From positions 1 through 63,670 of the forward strand of contig JAGGYA010000007.1 of the NCBI GenBank assembly GCA_021162785.1: DNA of 63,670 nucleotides, given 5' to 3'. Source of the DNA: Candidatus Calescamantes bacterium (GTDB lineage Bacteria > CAIJMQ01 > JAADFP01). Below, piece by piece: positions 9,965-19,281 of this stretch (its first letter is position 1; each line of letters starts with the position of its first letter). The notes under the pieces are model-generated. The model worked only from the letters and a program-made list of their open reading frames with translations, did no database searches and was not told the DNA's origin. The position numbers and the translations under genes were made by a program.

Positions 9965-11515
9965 TTGACATACATTATTCTCTTAGTTGCAACAGTATTT
10001 TCTTTTATAGCTGGATTTTTGCTAAAAGGATTTTTATCTCTTCGTTCACTCAGTAGTGCACGCGAACAAGCAGAAGAACTTCTTAAACAAGCTCAGCGAG
10101 AAGCGGAAAACATCAAAAAGGAAGCAGAATTAGTCTTAAAAGAGGAGATTTATAAAGTAAGAAACGAGGTAGAAAGAGAACTCAAAAATAGAAGAGCTGA
10201 TTTAGAAAGAAGAGAAGCAAAACTGGTCCAGAGAGAGGAAAACTTGGAAAGGAGAGCAGAATTATTGGAAGCCAGGGAAAAAGAGATGGAAGAGAAATTT
10301 GAAAGTTTAACCCTAAGAGAAAAAGAACTTGAAGCATTAAAAGCTAAACTGGAAGAGGCTCTGGAAGAAGAAAGGCGAAGGCTTACTAAAATCTCTGGCC
10401 TTTCAGTGGAAGAAGCACGACGCTTGCTACTTGCTCAAGTGGAAAAGGAAGCCAGGGAAGAAGCAGCTCTTTTGGCAAAAAGGATTGAAGATGAAGCAAG
10501 AGAGAAAGCGGAAAGAAAAGCCCGAGAAATTATAAGTATCGCCATCCAGAGATGTTCTACAGACCATGTTTGTGAAAGCACAGTAAGCGTGGTCCCTTTA
10601 CCCAACGAGGAAATGAAAGGAAGAATTATAGGAAGAGAAGGAAGAAATATAAGAACCTTTGAGATGCTTACTGGAGTGAATGTAGTGATTGATGATACAC
10701 CTGGAGCAGTAAGCATATCCAGTTTTGACCCAATCCGTAGAGAAATAGCAAGGATTGCTTTGGAAAGACTTATAGCTGATGGGAGAATACATCCTGCTCG
10801 AATAGAAGAAGTGGTGGAAAAAGTAAAAGAGGAATTTCCCAAAATCCTGAGAGAAGAAGGAGAAAAAGCTGCATTTGAAGTAGGGATACACGACCTTCAT
10901 CCACAGGAAATTGAACTTCTGGGAAAACTTAAATTCAGGACGAGTTATGGACAAAATGTGCTCCAGCATTCCAAGGAAGTAGCTTATATCATGGGGATTA
11001 TGGCATCTGAACTTAATCTGGATCCCAAATTGGCTAAAAGAATAGGGCTTATTCATGACTTAGGAAAAGCAATGGATCAGGAAGTAGAGGGATCTCATGA
11101 CGAAATTGGTGCAGATATTGCTCTAAAATTAGGTGAACCACCGGAAGTGGTGGATGCCATAAGATGTCATCATGAAAAGGCTTCTCCCCAGAGTATTTAT
11201 GGAGTTCTGCTACAGGCAGCAGATACCCTTTCTGCTGCACGACCTGGTGCCAGAAGAGAAACCATAGAGAGTTATATTAAACGATTAGAAAAATTAGAAA
11301 ACATTGCCTACTCTTTTGAAGGAGTTGAAAAGGCTTATGCTATCCAGGCTGGGAGAGAAATTAGGGTAATGGTTGAACCCTCTAAAATAGGCGATTCAGA
11401 AATCCTTGCTTTAGCAAGAGAGATAAGTGCTAAAATTAAAAAAGAAGTGGAATACGCTGGGGAAATTAAAGTCACAATTATTCGGGAAACAAGAGCAGTT
11501 GAAATTGCCAAATGA
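9965..11515 (+). CDS. rny: Ribonuclease Y
   Basis: 516 aa. N-terminal TM helix, long E/K/R coiled coil, KH domain ([15 protein letters not shown]) and HD domain (HSKEVA..IHDLGK). TTG start preceded by AAGGGGGTGAG. Confidence 0.93.
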   Translation: MTYIILLVATVFSFIAGFLLKGFLSLRSLSSAREQAEELLKQAQREAENIKKEAELVLKEEIYKVRNEVERELKNRRADLERREAKLVQREENLERRAELLEAREKEMEEKFESLTLREKELEALKAKLEEALEEERRRLTKISGLSVEEARRLLLAQVEKEAREEAALLAKRIEDEAREKAERKAREIISIAIQRCSTDHVCESTVSVVPLPNEEMKGRIIGREGRNIRTFEMLTGVNVVIDDTPGAVSISSFDPIRREIARIALERLIADGRIHPARIEEVVEKVKEEFPKILREEGEKAAFEVGIHDLHPQEIELLGKLKFRTSYGQNVLQHSKEVAYIMGIMASELNLDPKLAKRIGLIHDLGKAMDQEVEGSHDEIGADIALKLGEPPEVVDAIRCHHEKASPQSIYGVLLQAADTLSAARPGARRETIESYIKRLEKLENIAYSFEGVEKAYAIQAGREIRVMVEPSKIGDSEILALAREISAKIKKEVEYAGEIKVTIIRETRAVEIAK

Positions 11516-12291
11516 AAATCCTATTTCTTGGAGATGTAATTGGCCGTCCAGGAAGAGAAGCTCTCAAATGGATTGCTCCCACACTTATAAAGGAAGCTGA
11601 CTTCTGTATTGTAAATGGAGAAAACGCTGCAGGAGGAAATGGTATCACTCCTCAAATTGCTGAAGAACTCTTCTCCTTAGGGGTAAATGTAATCACCACC
11701 GGGAACCACATTTGGGATAAAAAAGAAATCATTCCTTACTTAGAAAAACAACCCCGCCTTCTGAGACCCGCTAATTACCCTCCTGGAACACCGGGAGTTG
11801 GTTCTGGAGTCTTCCTTTCGCGAAAAGGGAAGAAAATAGGAGTAATTAATGTGGGGGGAAGAGTTTTTATGCCTTGTATTGAATGTCCATTTCGGAAATG
11901 CGAAGAAGAAATTAGGAAGATAAAAGAAAAAACTTCAGGTATAATAATAGTTGATATACATGGAGAAGCTACTTCGGAAAAAATGGCTTTGGGATATTAT
12001 TTAGATGGAAAAGTAACTGCAGTAGTGGGCACTCATACCCATGTTCAGACTGCAGATGAAAGAATTTTAGAAAAGGGCACTGCGTATATCACGGATGTAG
12101 GAATGGTTGGTTCTGAAGATTCGGTAATCGGGATGAGTAAAGAGGAGGTGATAAAGAGATTCTTAACCCTTTTACCGGTTAGATTCAAACCCGCTAAGGG
12201 GATTATTAGGATTAATGGTTTATGGATTGAGGTGGATGAGGCTACAGGTAGTGCAATCAGGGTAACCAGAATAAATGAGAGGTTGACATGA
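11512..12291 (+). CDS. ymdB: YmdB-like 2',3'-cyclic-nucleotide phosphodiesterase (metallophosphoesterase)
   Basis: 259 aa. [15 protein letters not shown].., [17 protein letters not shown]. Conserved rny-ymdB synteny with an ATGA overlap. Confidence 0.85.
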   Translation: MKILFLGDVIGRPGREALKWIAPTLIKEADFCIVNGENAAGGNGITPQIAEELFSLGVNVITTGNHIWDKKEIIPYLEKQPRLLRPANYPPGTPGVGSGVFLSRKGKKIGVINVGGRVFMPCIECPFRKCEEEIRKIKEKTSGIIIVDIHGEATSEKMALGYYLDGKVTAVVGTHTHVQTADERILEKGTAYITDVGMVGSEDSVIGMSKEEVIKRFLTLLPVRFKPAKGIIRINGLWIEVDEATGSAIRVTRINERLT

Positions 12292-12320
12292 TGGAAGAAT
12301 CAACGGAAAAAGGAGGGACC

Positions 12321-12581
12321 ATGACACTCTTAAAAGTTTCATCCAAATCCTCCCCTACTGCTGTTGCGGGTGCTCTGGCGGGGGTAATAAGAAGAGAAGG
12401 GGAAGCGGAAGTGCAGGCGATAGGAGCAGGAGCAGTAAACCAAGCTGTAAAAGCTATAGCTATCTGCAGAGGCTATGTAGCACCTAATGGTATTGACCTG
12501 GTATGCATTCCTGCATTTACTGATGTAGATATTAACGGGGAACAAAGGACTGCAATAAAGTTTATCGTTCAGTCCCGCTAA
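12321..12581 (+). CDS. spoVS: Stage V sporulation protein S family protein
   Basis: MTLLKVSSKSSPTAVAGALAGVIRE..QAIGAGAVNQAVKAIAI.RGY matches the SpoVS family over its full length. Start set at ATG 12321, behind AAGGAGGG, rather than ORF-track 12288. Confidence 0.85.
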   Translation: MTLLKVSSKSSPTAVAGALAGVIRREGEAEVQAIGAGAVNQAVKAIAICRGYVAPNGIDLVCIPAFTDVDINGEQRTAIKFIVQSR

Positions 12582-12600
12582 GGAATATATTAAGCGAATT

Positions 12601-13260
12601 TTGAAGGTTCTTAGCCTTGAAACAAGTGGGAGGTGGGGTGGTTTTTGTCTGTGGGATGATGGAATAGTAGTGGAAGCTATTTTTGAAGGGAGAGAATACA
12701 GCACTCTTTTAGCATCATCATTGAAAGAGGCGGTTGAGAATTCCTCCTGGAGATGGAGTGGTATTGAATTAGTAGTGGTATCTCAGGGCCCCGGGTCTTT
12801 CACAGGTCTTAGAATTGGTATGAGTTTGGGGAAAGGGATTTCTCTTGTCCAAAAAATCCCTCTAATTTCCATTCCTACATATGAGGTTATTAAAAGAAAC
12901 TTCGATTTGGTGGAATTCCCCCTTCTCCTCCTCTTTCCTTCCAGGAAAGGAGAGGTTATCCTTTTTGAATGGGAAAGAGACAAATGGGTAAAAGAAGGGG
13001 AAATAGTAAAAATTGAAAAAATCCCCCAGTTTATAGAAAAAGAAAAAATAATTGCAGGTGAAGGTGTACTCTTATATCGGGACTGGATCGAAAAAAAATT
13101 GAAGGGGAAAGTATTAATACCTCCCTTCTCCTATCATATCGCTCGTCCTTCCCATCTGGCAGTGCTTGGGATAGAAAGAAAAAAGGAAGCTGGATGGGAA
13201 AAGGGAATCTCTGCCTCCCCCCTTTACTTCCGGGAACCCAGAATAGGGGACAAAAATTGA
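12601..13260 (+). CDS. tsaB: tRNA t6A37 biosynthesis protein TsaB (YeaZ family)
   Basis: 219 aa, TTG start. N-terminus MKVLSLETSG.. and ..VVSQGPGSFTGLRIG.. are typical of TsaB. Confidence 0.8.
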   Translation: MKVLSLETSGRWGGFCLWDDGIVVEAIFEGREYSTLLASSLKEAVENSSWRWSGIELVVVSQGPGSFTGLRIGMSLGKGISLVQKIPLISIPTYEVIKRNFDLVEFPLLLLFPSRKGEVILFEWERDKWVKEGEIVKIEKIPQFIEKEKIIAGEGVLLYRDWIEKKLKGKVLIPPFSYHIARPSHLAVLGIERKKEAGWEKGISASPLYFREPRIGDKN

Positions 13261-14438
13261 AAAGAGACATTTATAAAGAGTCTCTTTCTCTCCATTTAAA
13301 AAAGAAGGGAAAACTTTCTATAAGAAGCAAAATCCGCATAAAGGACAAAAACAGCCTTTCCTTAGCCTACACTCCTGGAGTAGCAGAAGCATGCCGGGCA
13401 ATACACTACAATCCTTCATTAATCTATGACCTCACCATAAAGCACAATTCCGTGGCAGTTGTGAGTGATGGTTCAGCAGTGCTTGGGCTGGGAAATATCG
13501 GTGCAGAAGCTTCCCTGCCAGTAATGGAAGGGAAGGCTCTCCTCTTTAAAGAACTGGCCGGGATTGATGCTTTCCCAATATGCATTCGCACTCAAGAAAT
13601 AGAAAAAATAGTGGAAATTGTGGAAGCTATTTCTCCTGTATTTGGAGGAATAAACTTGGAAGATTTCTCTGCACCCCGATGTTTTGAAATTGAAAGGAAA
13701 CTTAAAGAAAAACTGGGCATCCCTGTCTTCCATGATGATCAACACGGAACTGCAGTAGTTGTTCTTGCTGCCCTTATCAATGCATTAAAAATAACCGGGA
13801 AAAAGAAAGAAAATACCTCAGTAGTGATAAATGGAGCAGGTGCTGCAGGGATAGCTATTGCTCATTTCCTTCATAGAGCAGGCTTCCCAGATATCGTGGT
13901 CTGTGACAGCAGAGGAATTATTCACCGGGGAAGAGACAAAGGGATGAACCCTTACAAAAGAGAGATTCTGGAATTTACAAATGAGGAGAACCTTAAAGGC
14001 TCACTGGAAGATGCAGTAAGGGGAAGAGACATATTTATTGGTGTATCAGCTCCTGGAGTTTTAACTCCCCAGATGGTTAAAAAAATGGGCAAAGATCCAA
14101 TAATCCTGGCCATGGCCAATCCTGAACCAGAGATAAATCCTAAGGTAGCTCTTGAGGCTGGGGCAAAAATTGTGGGGACAGGGAGGAGTGATTATCCCAA
14201 TCAGATAAACAATGTTTTAGGATTTCCTGGTATATTCCGGGGTGCCCTTGATGTGAGGGCAAAAGGAATCAACGAAGAGATGAAAATAGCTGCCTCCCAG
14301 GCCTTAGCAGAAGTCCTCAGTGAAAAGGAACTCAGAGAAGACAGAATCCTGCCTCTTCCGTTGGATAAAAGGGTTGTTCCTCAGGTGGCAAAGGCAGTGG
14401 CTGAGTCTGCTAAGAGAACAGGTTTAAGTAGAATTTAG
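13257..14438 (+). CDS. NAD(P)-dependent malic enzyme
   Basis: [33 protein letters not shown]. The probable start is TTG 13257, overlapping the tsaB stop. The ORF-track start 13194 would lie inside tsaB. Confidence 0.85.
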   Translation: MKRDIYKESLSLHLKKKGKLSIRSKIRIKDKNSLSLAYTPGVAEACRAIHYNPSLIYDLTIKHNSVAVVSDGSAVLGLGNIGAEASLPVMEGKALLFKELAGIDAFPICIRTQEIEKIVEIVEAISPVFGGINLEDFSAPRCFEIERKLKEKLGIPVFHDDQHGTAVVVLAALINALKITGKKKENTSVVINGAGAAGIAIAHFLHRAGFPDIVVCDSRGIIHRGRDKGMNPYKREILEFTNEENLKGSLEDAVRGRDIFIGVSAPGVLTPQMVKKMGKDPIILAMANPEPEINPKVALEAGAKIVGTGRSDYPNQINNVLGFPGIFRGALDVRAKGINEEMKIAASQALAEVLSEKELREDRILPLPLDKRVVPQVAKAVAESAKRTGLSRI

Positions 14439-15373
14439 AAAGGGGACCGGATAATAAGGGAAGCTGCGGATACTATCCCTGAATCCTGTTGAAGTCCTGC
14501 AGGGACAACCTCCAGTCCCGGAGTAAGAACTGCAAAAGCCCTTTCTTTTATCGTCTTTCTTACTGACTCAAATAGAATTTCTCCCGCCTGAGATACTCCT
14601 CCCCCAATAACAATACGTTCAGGATTGAAAAGATTTACCAGTCCAGAGAAAAGTACCCCCAGATACTCTCCCACTTTAACCCAGATCTCCCGGGCCAGTT
14701 CATCCCCTCTCTTATAGGCATCAGAAATAATCTTTGGAGTAATCTTTTCAAGATCCCCATTAACAAGTTCAGTGATTAAACTCTTCCTGCCTCTTTTAAT
14801 ACTCCGCTTGGCCATGGCACATATGTATCTTGACCCCACATACCTTTCAATACACCCGATATTTCCACATTTACAGCGAGGCCCTTTAAAGTTTATGGGT
14901 ATATGGCCAATTTCAACTGCTGAATATTTAGTGCCTCGAAGTAATTTCCCTTCCCAGACAACTCCACCTCCAAGTCCTGTCCCAAGAGTAATGCAAATCA
15001 TAGTCCTTGTTCCTTTTCCTGCACCAAAAAGATACTCTCCCCAAGTAATGGTGTTCACATCATTCTCCACCACTACTGGCAAGGAGAATTTCTTTTCAAA
15101 GTAAGCACGCAGAGGAAGATTATCCCATCCAGGAATATTTGGAGCAAGAAAGACTCTTCCCTCTCTATCCACAAGTCCAGGTGTCCCAATTCCAATTCCT
15201 TCAATACCCTCCTTCCATACTCCCCTTATTGCTTTCTCCATCTGGGAAAGAACCTTATTCCTACCACCTTCCGCACAGGTAGGAATCTGGGCTCTTCTTA
15301 AAACTTTCCCCTCCTCATTCACCACACCCACCTTTATAAAGGTCCCGCCGAGATCCAGTCCTATGAACTCCAT
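14435..15373 (-). CDS. ROK family glucokinase
   Basis: 312 aa. MEFIGLDLGGTFIKVG ATP-binding N-terminus and the ROK zinc motif GHIP..PRCKCGNIGCIE. Confidence 0.85.
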   Translation of the reverse strand: MEFIGLDLGGTFIKVGVVNEEGKVLRRAQIPTCAEGGRNKVLSQMEKAIRGVWKEGIEGIGIGTPGLVDREGRVFLAPNIPGWDNLPLRAYFEKKFSLPVVVENDVNTITWGEYLFGAGKGTRTMICITLGTGLGGGVVWEGKLLRGTKYSAVEIGHIPINFKGPRCKCGNIGCIERYVGSRYICAMAKRSIKRGRKSLITELVNGDLEKITPKIISDAYKRGDELAREIWVKVGEYLGVLFSGLVNLFNPERIVIGGGVSQAGEILFESVRKTIKERAFAVLTPGLEVVPAGLQQDSGIVSAASLIIRSPF

Positions 15374-15381
15374 TTTTCAAT

Positions 15382-16185
15382 TTGAATTATATAAAATTGT
15401 TTCTTATGTGTGAAGAGAAAATCTTAATACCGGGAGTGAAGGTGGAACTCCTTCTCTTCAATTCAACCTTAACTCCCTTGATTTTCCTTCCCGGTTTGGG
15501 AACCTCTAAAAGAAAAATGGAACTCATCAAGTTCCTCCTTCTTTCCTCCTTAGCAGAAAAAGGCTATCCCGTAATCATTTATTCTTCTTACGGAAGAGAT
15601 AAAAGAAAATTTTTCAGCATGAAGGATAGAGAAATGTGGCAATTTTTCCAGTTCCATTCACACCAGATTAAAAAAATAATGGACTGGCTGGAAGAAAACA
15701 AAAAATGGCATAAATTCAGTTTAATGGGTATGAGTCTGGGGGGAATGCTGGGCATGATGCTTCTTGCAGAAGATGAAAGAACCCAGAAAGGAATATTTAT
15801 GGGGGTGGGAGGGGATTTTGAAAAAATTCTCTGGCAAGGGGCACTGAGATTTTTGCTACCCAAAGATTGCTCAAGGAAGCAATGCCATCTTCTCCACCAG
15901 AAATATAGAAAAATCCTTAAGAGAGGGAATTTTACAGAACTTCATTCCCTCCCTCGTTACTGTTTTCTTTACGACCCTTTAACCTCTGCCATGAGGATCA
16001 AAGATAAGAAGGTGCTTTTAATTCATGGACTTTTTGATGAAGTAATTCCTTATCCTGCTTTTCTTACCCTGAGGAAAGCATTACCTCAAGCATCATCTCT
16101 GCTTCTTCCCCTCACCCATACCACTCTCTTTCTTTTCTTGCCTCTGATAAAATGGAAGATAGAGAAGTTTTTAAAAGATGAGTGA
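15382..16185 (+). CDS. Alpha/beta hydrolase fold protein
   Basis: Nucleophile elbow GMSLGG and an LIFLPGLG oxyanion region. The start is either TTG 15382 or ATG 15406, both very close to the divergent glucokinase start. Confidence 0.55.
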   Translation: MNYIKLFLMCEEKILIPGVKVELLLFNSTLTPLIFLPGLGTSKRKMELIKFLLLSSLAEKGYPVIIYSSYGRDKRKFFSMKDREMWQFFQFHSHQIKKIMDWLEENKKWHKFSLMGMSLGGMLGMMLLAEDERTQKGIFMGVGGDFEKILWQGALRFLLPKDCSRKQCHLLHQKYRKILKRGNFTELHSLPRYCFLYDPLTSAMRIKDKKVLLIHGLFDEVIPYPAFLTLRKALPQASSLLLPLTHTTLFLFLPLIKWKIEKFLKDE

Positions 16186-17218
16186 AAAAATCCATTTTCT
16201 TCCCTGGGAGAGGAAAGAGGAATTCAGAGAATTTCTAAAAAAGTGTGGAGTTTTAGATGAGATAAGGAAAGGATATCGGGTGGGACTCAAAATACACTTT
16301 GGAGAAAAAGGTAATCCCCATCATATCCCACCATACCTTGTAAAAATTGTAGGAGAGGTAATAAAGGATAAAGGTGCAAAATGCTGGCTAATTGATTCCA
16401 ATGTCCTTTATCGGGGGATGAGAGCCAGAACATCTACACATCTGGAAGTGGCTAAAGAACATGGTTTCATGGATATAGGTGTACCGGTAAAAATTGCGGG
16501 CGATTTTGCCCAGGAGAGAGAAATGGAAGTAATTGTAAATCTCAAACATTTCCGTAAGGTATATATTCTGGAAGACTTCCTGGAATTTGACTATCTGATT
16601 CTTCTTACCCATTTTAAAGGGCACGCACTTGCTGGTATTGGAGGGAGTATAAAAAATCTTTCCATGGGATGTGCCTCCCGAAAAGGAAAATATAAGATGC
16701 ATTCCAAGATGATTCCCCAGATAAAGGAAGAACTCTGTACGGGATGTGGAACCTGTGCTAAGCATTGTCCTGGAGAAGCAATTAAAGTAAAGAATGGGAA
16801 AGCAGAAATAATAGAGGGAAAATGCTTGGGATGTGGAGAATGCATACAGGTCTGTCCAGCAAAAGCAATTTCAATACCATGGGAGAGTGTAAAATCAGAA
16901 GAATTTCAGGAAAGACTGGTAGAGTATGCCTTTGGCATTTGGAAGGAACGTAAGGGGAGTATTTTTGCCATAAATTTCCTCCACTCCCTCTCACCTGATT
17001 GTGATTGCCTGAGTAAACCTGCTCCTCCTCTGGCACCCGATGTAGGGATAGTGGCAGGGAAGAATATAGTGGAAGTGGATGAGTTTTCTTTAAAGAAAAC
17101 CATTGAAGTTAAAGGATATCATGCTCCTGAGGGAGTGGATAAATTCCTCCACCATCGGCCAAATATTCCTACTCATATTCAAATGGAGTATGGGAAGAAA
17201 TTATTCACCCCTCTTTAA
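16178..17218 (+). CDS. DUF362 domain protein with two 4Fe-4S ferredoxin motifs
   Basis: 346 aa. CTGCGTCAKHCP and CLGCGECIQVCP clusters embedded in a DUF362-like scaffold. Confidence 0.7.
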   Translation: MSEKIHFLPWERKEEFREFLKKCGVLDEIRKGYRVGLKIHFGEKGNPHHIPPYLVKIVGEVIKDKGAKCWLIDSNVLYRGMRARTSTHLEVAKEHGFMDIGVPVKIAGDFAQEREMEVIVNLKHFRKVYILEDFLEFDYLILLTHFKGHALAGIGGSIKNLSMGCASRKGKYKMHSKMIPQIKEELCTGCGTCAKHCPGEAIKVKNGKAEIIEGKCLGCGECIQVCPAKAISIPWESVKSEEFQERLVEYAFGIWKERKGSIFAINFLHSLSPDCDCLSKPAPPLAPDVGIVAGKNIVEVDEFSLKKTIEVKGYHAPEGVDKFLHHRPNIPTHIQMEYGKKLFTPL

Positions 17219-17251
17219 AAGAATTTTTAGGGGAAATGCCCAAGTTGAGTA

Positions 17252-17587
17252 TCAGAGAGAAACTTTATCCTCCGGTAAATAGGGAGTTTTGATAAACACA
17301 GCCTTTACATCTTCCTTCCCGTCATTTATAAGATTATGTGGTTCTCCGGGTTCGATACGGTAAGCATCTCCAGGGGTAAAGGGAAAAGTTTCTTCTCCCA
17401 CTTCTATTTTCCCCTTCCCTTCTAAAATATAAAAAGTTTCTTCTACTTCACGATGGTAATGTTTACCAAGTTCTTTGCCGGGTTTTAGCAAAAGTATTCC
17501 CCAGTCAATTCGAGGTCCACGAAAGAGGTACTTTACTCCCCAATCTCCGTTTCTAAACTCTTTCTCCTTCTCGTTTACCTTTTCCAT
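17252..17587 (-). CDS. Cupin domain protein
   Basis: 111 aa with cupin motifs GKHYHREVEETFYILEG and GEPHNL. Confidence 0.7.
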   Translation of the reverse strand: MEKVNEKEKEFRNGDWGVKYLFRGPRIDWGILLLKPGKELGKHYHREVEETFYILEGKGKIEVGEETFPFTPGDAYRIEPGEPHNLINDGKEDVKAVFIKTPYLPEDKVSL

Positions 17588-17600
17588 TACTTTCCTCCTC

Positions 17601-17936
17601 TTAAAGGATTTTAAAAGTAAAGGTAATGCTTTTCCCTAATCTTATATGATCTCCATCTTTTAATTCTTTCAATTCTCCTTCTTCCAGTTTTCTCCCATTT
17701 ACAAAGGTCCCATGTTTAGAACCCATATCTTTTATATAGAATTTATTTTCTTCCTCTTCGAAAATAATGAGAGCATGATGACGGGATACATGTAAATCAC
17801 CTGTAATTTTAATATCGCATTCAGAAGATCTTCCCACTTTCGTAGCAAAAGGGATATTTAAAGCATAGTATTGATTATCTTTATCCACCAAAAAGGCTCT
17901 TTTCTGTTTCCTAAAAAATTTTTTAATCAATTCCAT
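17601..17936 (-). CDS. FHA domain protein
   Basis: 111 aa. VGRSSECDI...VSRHHA.I....F.I.D.GSKHGTFVNG is the FHA signature. Confidence 0.75.
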   Translation of the reverse strand: MELIKKFFRKQKRAFLVDKDNQYYALNIPFATKVGRSSECDIKITGDLHVSRHHALIIFEEEENKFYIKDMGSKHGTFVNGRKLEEGELKELKDGDHIRLGKSITFTFKIL

Positions 17937-17990
17937 TTTTGCCTTTTGATTTTACCAAATTTAACCCAAAAACTGAGCGATTAATTAACA

Positions 17991-18202
17991 CCCAAAAATC
18001 ACAATAGAAAACCTCAATTAAATGCTTGATATAATTGGGCGGGAAAAATAAAAACCCTTCACCCAAAGGGTGAAGGGGAAGAGGAAAAATTATCTACCAT
18101 GCAAGGATTTTGTGATTAAAATGATTTTTTCATCCTTTGTTTTTAATTATTCTTTCCTCTTTTTCTTCTTTTACCCTTTCATCTTTTATTGCGATTTTTA
18201 GA
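17991..18202 (+). mobile_element. MITE-like repeat, copy A
   Basis: Left end CCCAAAAATCACAATAGAA; degenerate inverted right end TTTATTGCGATTTTTAGA. Core nearly identical to copy B. Contains TGATATAAT and the hairpin CCCTTCACCC-AAA-GGGTGAAGGG (18055-18077). No ORF. Confidence 0.7.
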
Positions 18203-18252
18203 TTTCAAAACAGAAAATCGATGAGGTATAATGAAAAAGCGGAGGGAAAATA

Positions 18253-18477
18253 ATGAGCACAGAGAGAATTGTTATCGACCAGGAAATTTTAGCAGGCAAA
18301 CCTGTGATTAAAGGGACAAGAATTTCGGTTGAATTTATCTTGGAGTTGCTGGCAAATGGCTGGAGTTACGAAGAGATTCTTAGAAATTATCCTCAGTTAG
18401 AAAAAGAGGATATACTCGCAGCTATAAGATATTCTGTGGAGATTCTACGGGACGAAAAAATCTATGCCTTAAAATGA
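18253..18477 (+). CDS. DUF433 domain antitoxin-like protein
   Basis: 74 aa. ILAGKPVIKGTRISVEFILELLANGWSYEEIL..YP.L..EDI.AA is the DUF433 signature. TATAAT at 18225-18230 and GGAGGG SD upstream. Confidence 0.8.
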   Translation: MSTERIVIDQEILAGKPVIKGTRISVEFILELLANGWSYEEILRNYPQLEKEDILAAIRYSVEILRDEKIYALK

Positions 18478-18827
18478 AACTCCTTGCAGATGAGAATATC
18501 CCTTTAGAAATATGCGAAAAACTTTGCCAAGAAGGAATTGATGTAAAAAGCATAACTCTAACCAGGAAGGGGGCAAAAGACAAGGAAATAATAGCCTTGG
18601 CAGAAAAAGAAGAGAGGATAATATTAACCTTTGATAAAGATTTTGGTGAACTGGTGTTCAGGAAAGGAAAGAAGGTAAAAGGAATAATTCTCCTCCGGTT
18701 TCCCCCTTGCTCCAATGACTTTATTTTTAACAAAATCAAAAATTTATTGAACATGAAAGAAATAGAGATTGAGGGCAAGTTTTTAGTGGTAGAAGAGGAA
18801 AGAGTGCGAGTAAGGGAGTTTCTGTAA
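18474..18827 (+). CDS. DUF5615 (PIN-like, Mut7-C type) toxin-like protein
   Basis: 117 aa. MKLLADENIPLEI.. N-terminus and ..ILTFDKDFGELV.. are typical of DUF5615 partners of DUF433. ATGA overlap with the upstream gene. Confidence 0.75.
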   Translation: MKLLADENIPLEICEKLCQEGIDVKSITLTRKGAKDKEIIALAEKEERIILTFDKDFGELVFRKGKKVKGIILLRFPPCSNDFIFNKIKNLLNMKEIEIEGKFLVVEEERVRVREFL

Positions 18828-18952
18828 ATAACGGTTTTAAGGATTTTCTCTCCTTCTGAGTTCTGTAAGGTGGAATTCAATTTTACCATCTGGCTCAAGT
18901 AAGTCTATAATATCTCACATACCGATTTCTTCTTCCTATTCAGGAACTAAAA

Positions 18953-19164
18953 CCCAAAAATCACAATAGAAAGCATCAAAAACTTTAAAAAGAGAGATAT
19001 AATTGGGCGGGAAAAAATTAAAAACCCTTCACCCAAAGGGTGAAGGGGAAGAGGAAAAATTATCTACCATGCAAGGATTTTGTGATTAAAATGGTGGTTT
19101 TATCCTTGTTTTTACTCTTTTTTCTTCTTTCCACCTTCCTTTCATCTTTTATTGGGATTTCTGG
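18953..19164 (+). mobile_element. MITE-like repeat, copy B (direct with copy A)
   Basis: Same ends and core as copy A, lying 962 bp downstream. Hairpin at 19025-19047. Confidence 0.7.
19012..19047 (-). terminator. Intrinsic terminator carried inside MITE copy B (for the ccdA operon)
   Basis: On the minus strand: CCCTTCACCC-TTT-GGGTGAAGGG followed by TTTTTAATTTTTT. It is the first terminator-like structure downstream of ccdA and the small Cys ORF. Confidence 0.55.
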
Positions 19165-19274
19165 ATTAAAAAGTCAAGGTTTTTAAAAATATTTAGCCCT
19201 CCTGGACAAACTTTGCGACATCTCCCGCATCCAGGAAAATGAAGTTCACAGAGAATTATTTTCTCACCCCACAT
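19149..19274 (-). CDS. Small Cys-rich ORF (41 aa; CX6CX2CX3CP, ferredoxin-like half motif), possibly truncated
   Basis: MWGEKIILCELHFPGCGRCRKVCPGGLNIFKNLDFLIQKSQ. ATG lies 7 nt after the ccdA stop, behind GGTGGTGAG. The last codons and the stop lie inside the MITE-B terminal repeat. Below the ORF-track size cutoff. Confidence 0.35.
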   Translation of the reverse strand: MWGEKIILCELHFPGCGRCRKVCPGGLNIFKNLDFLIQKSQ

Positions 19275-19281
19275 TGTTTAC

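Noticed and set aside
10435-11056. Long antisense ORFs inside rny. Similar shadow ORFs occur at 1888-2268, 18422-18898, 19274-19705, 21302-21709, 23500-23925, 29555-30016, 43440-43925 and 53290-53856
   Set aside because: They lie entirely opposite well-supported genes. They have S/L/F/P-rich low-complexity composition typical of reverse-frame translation of K/E-rich genes, and they have no SD.
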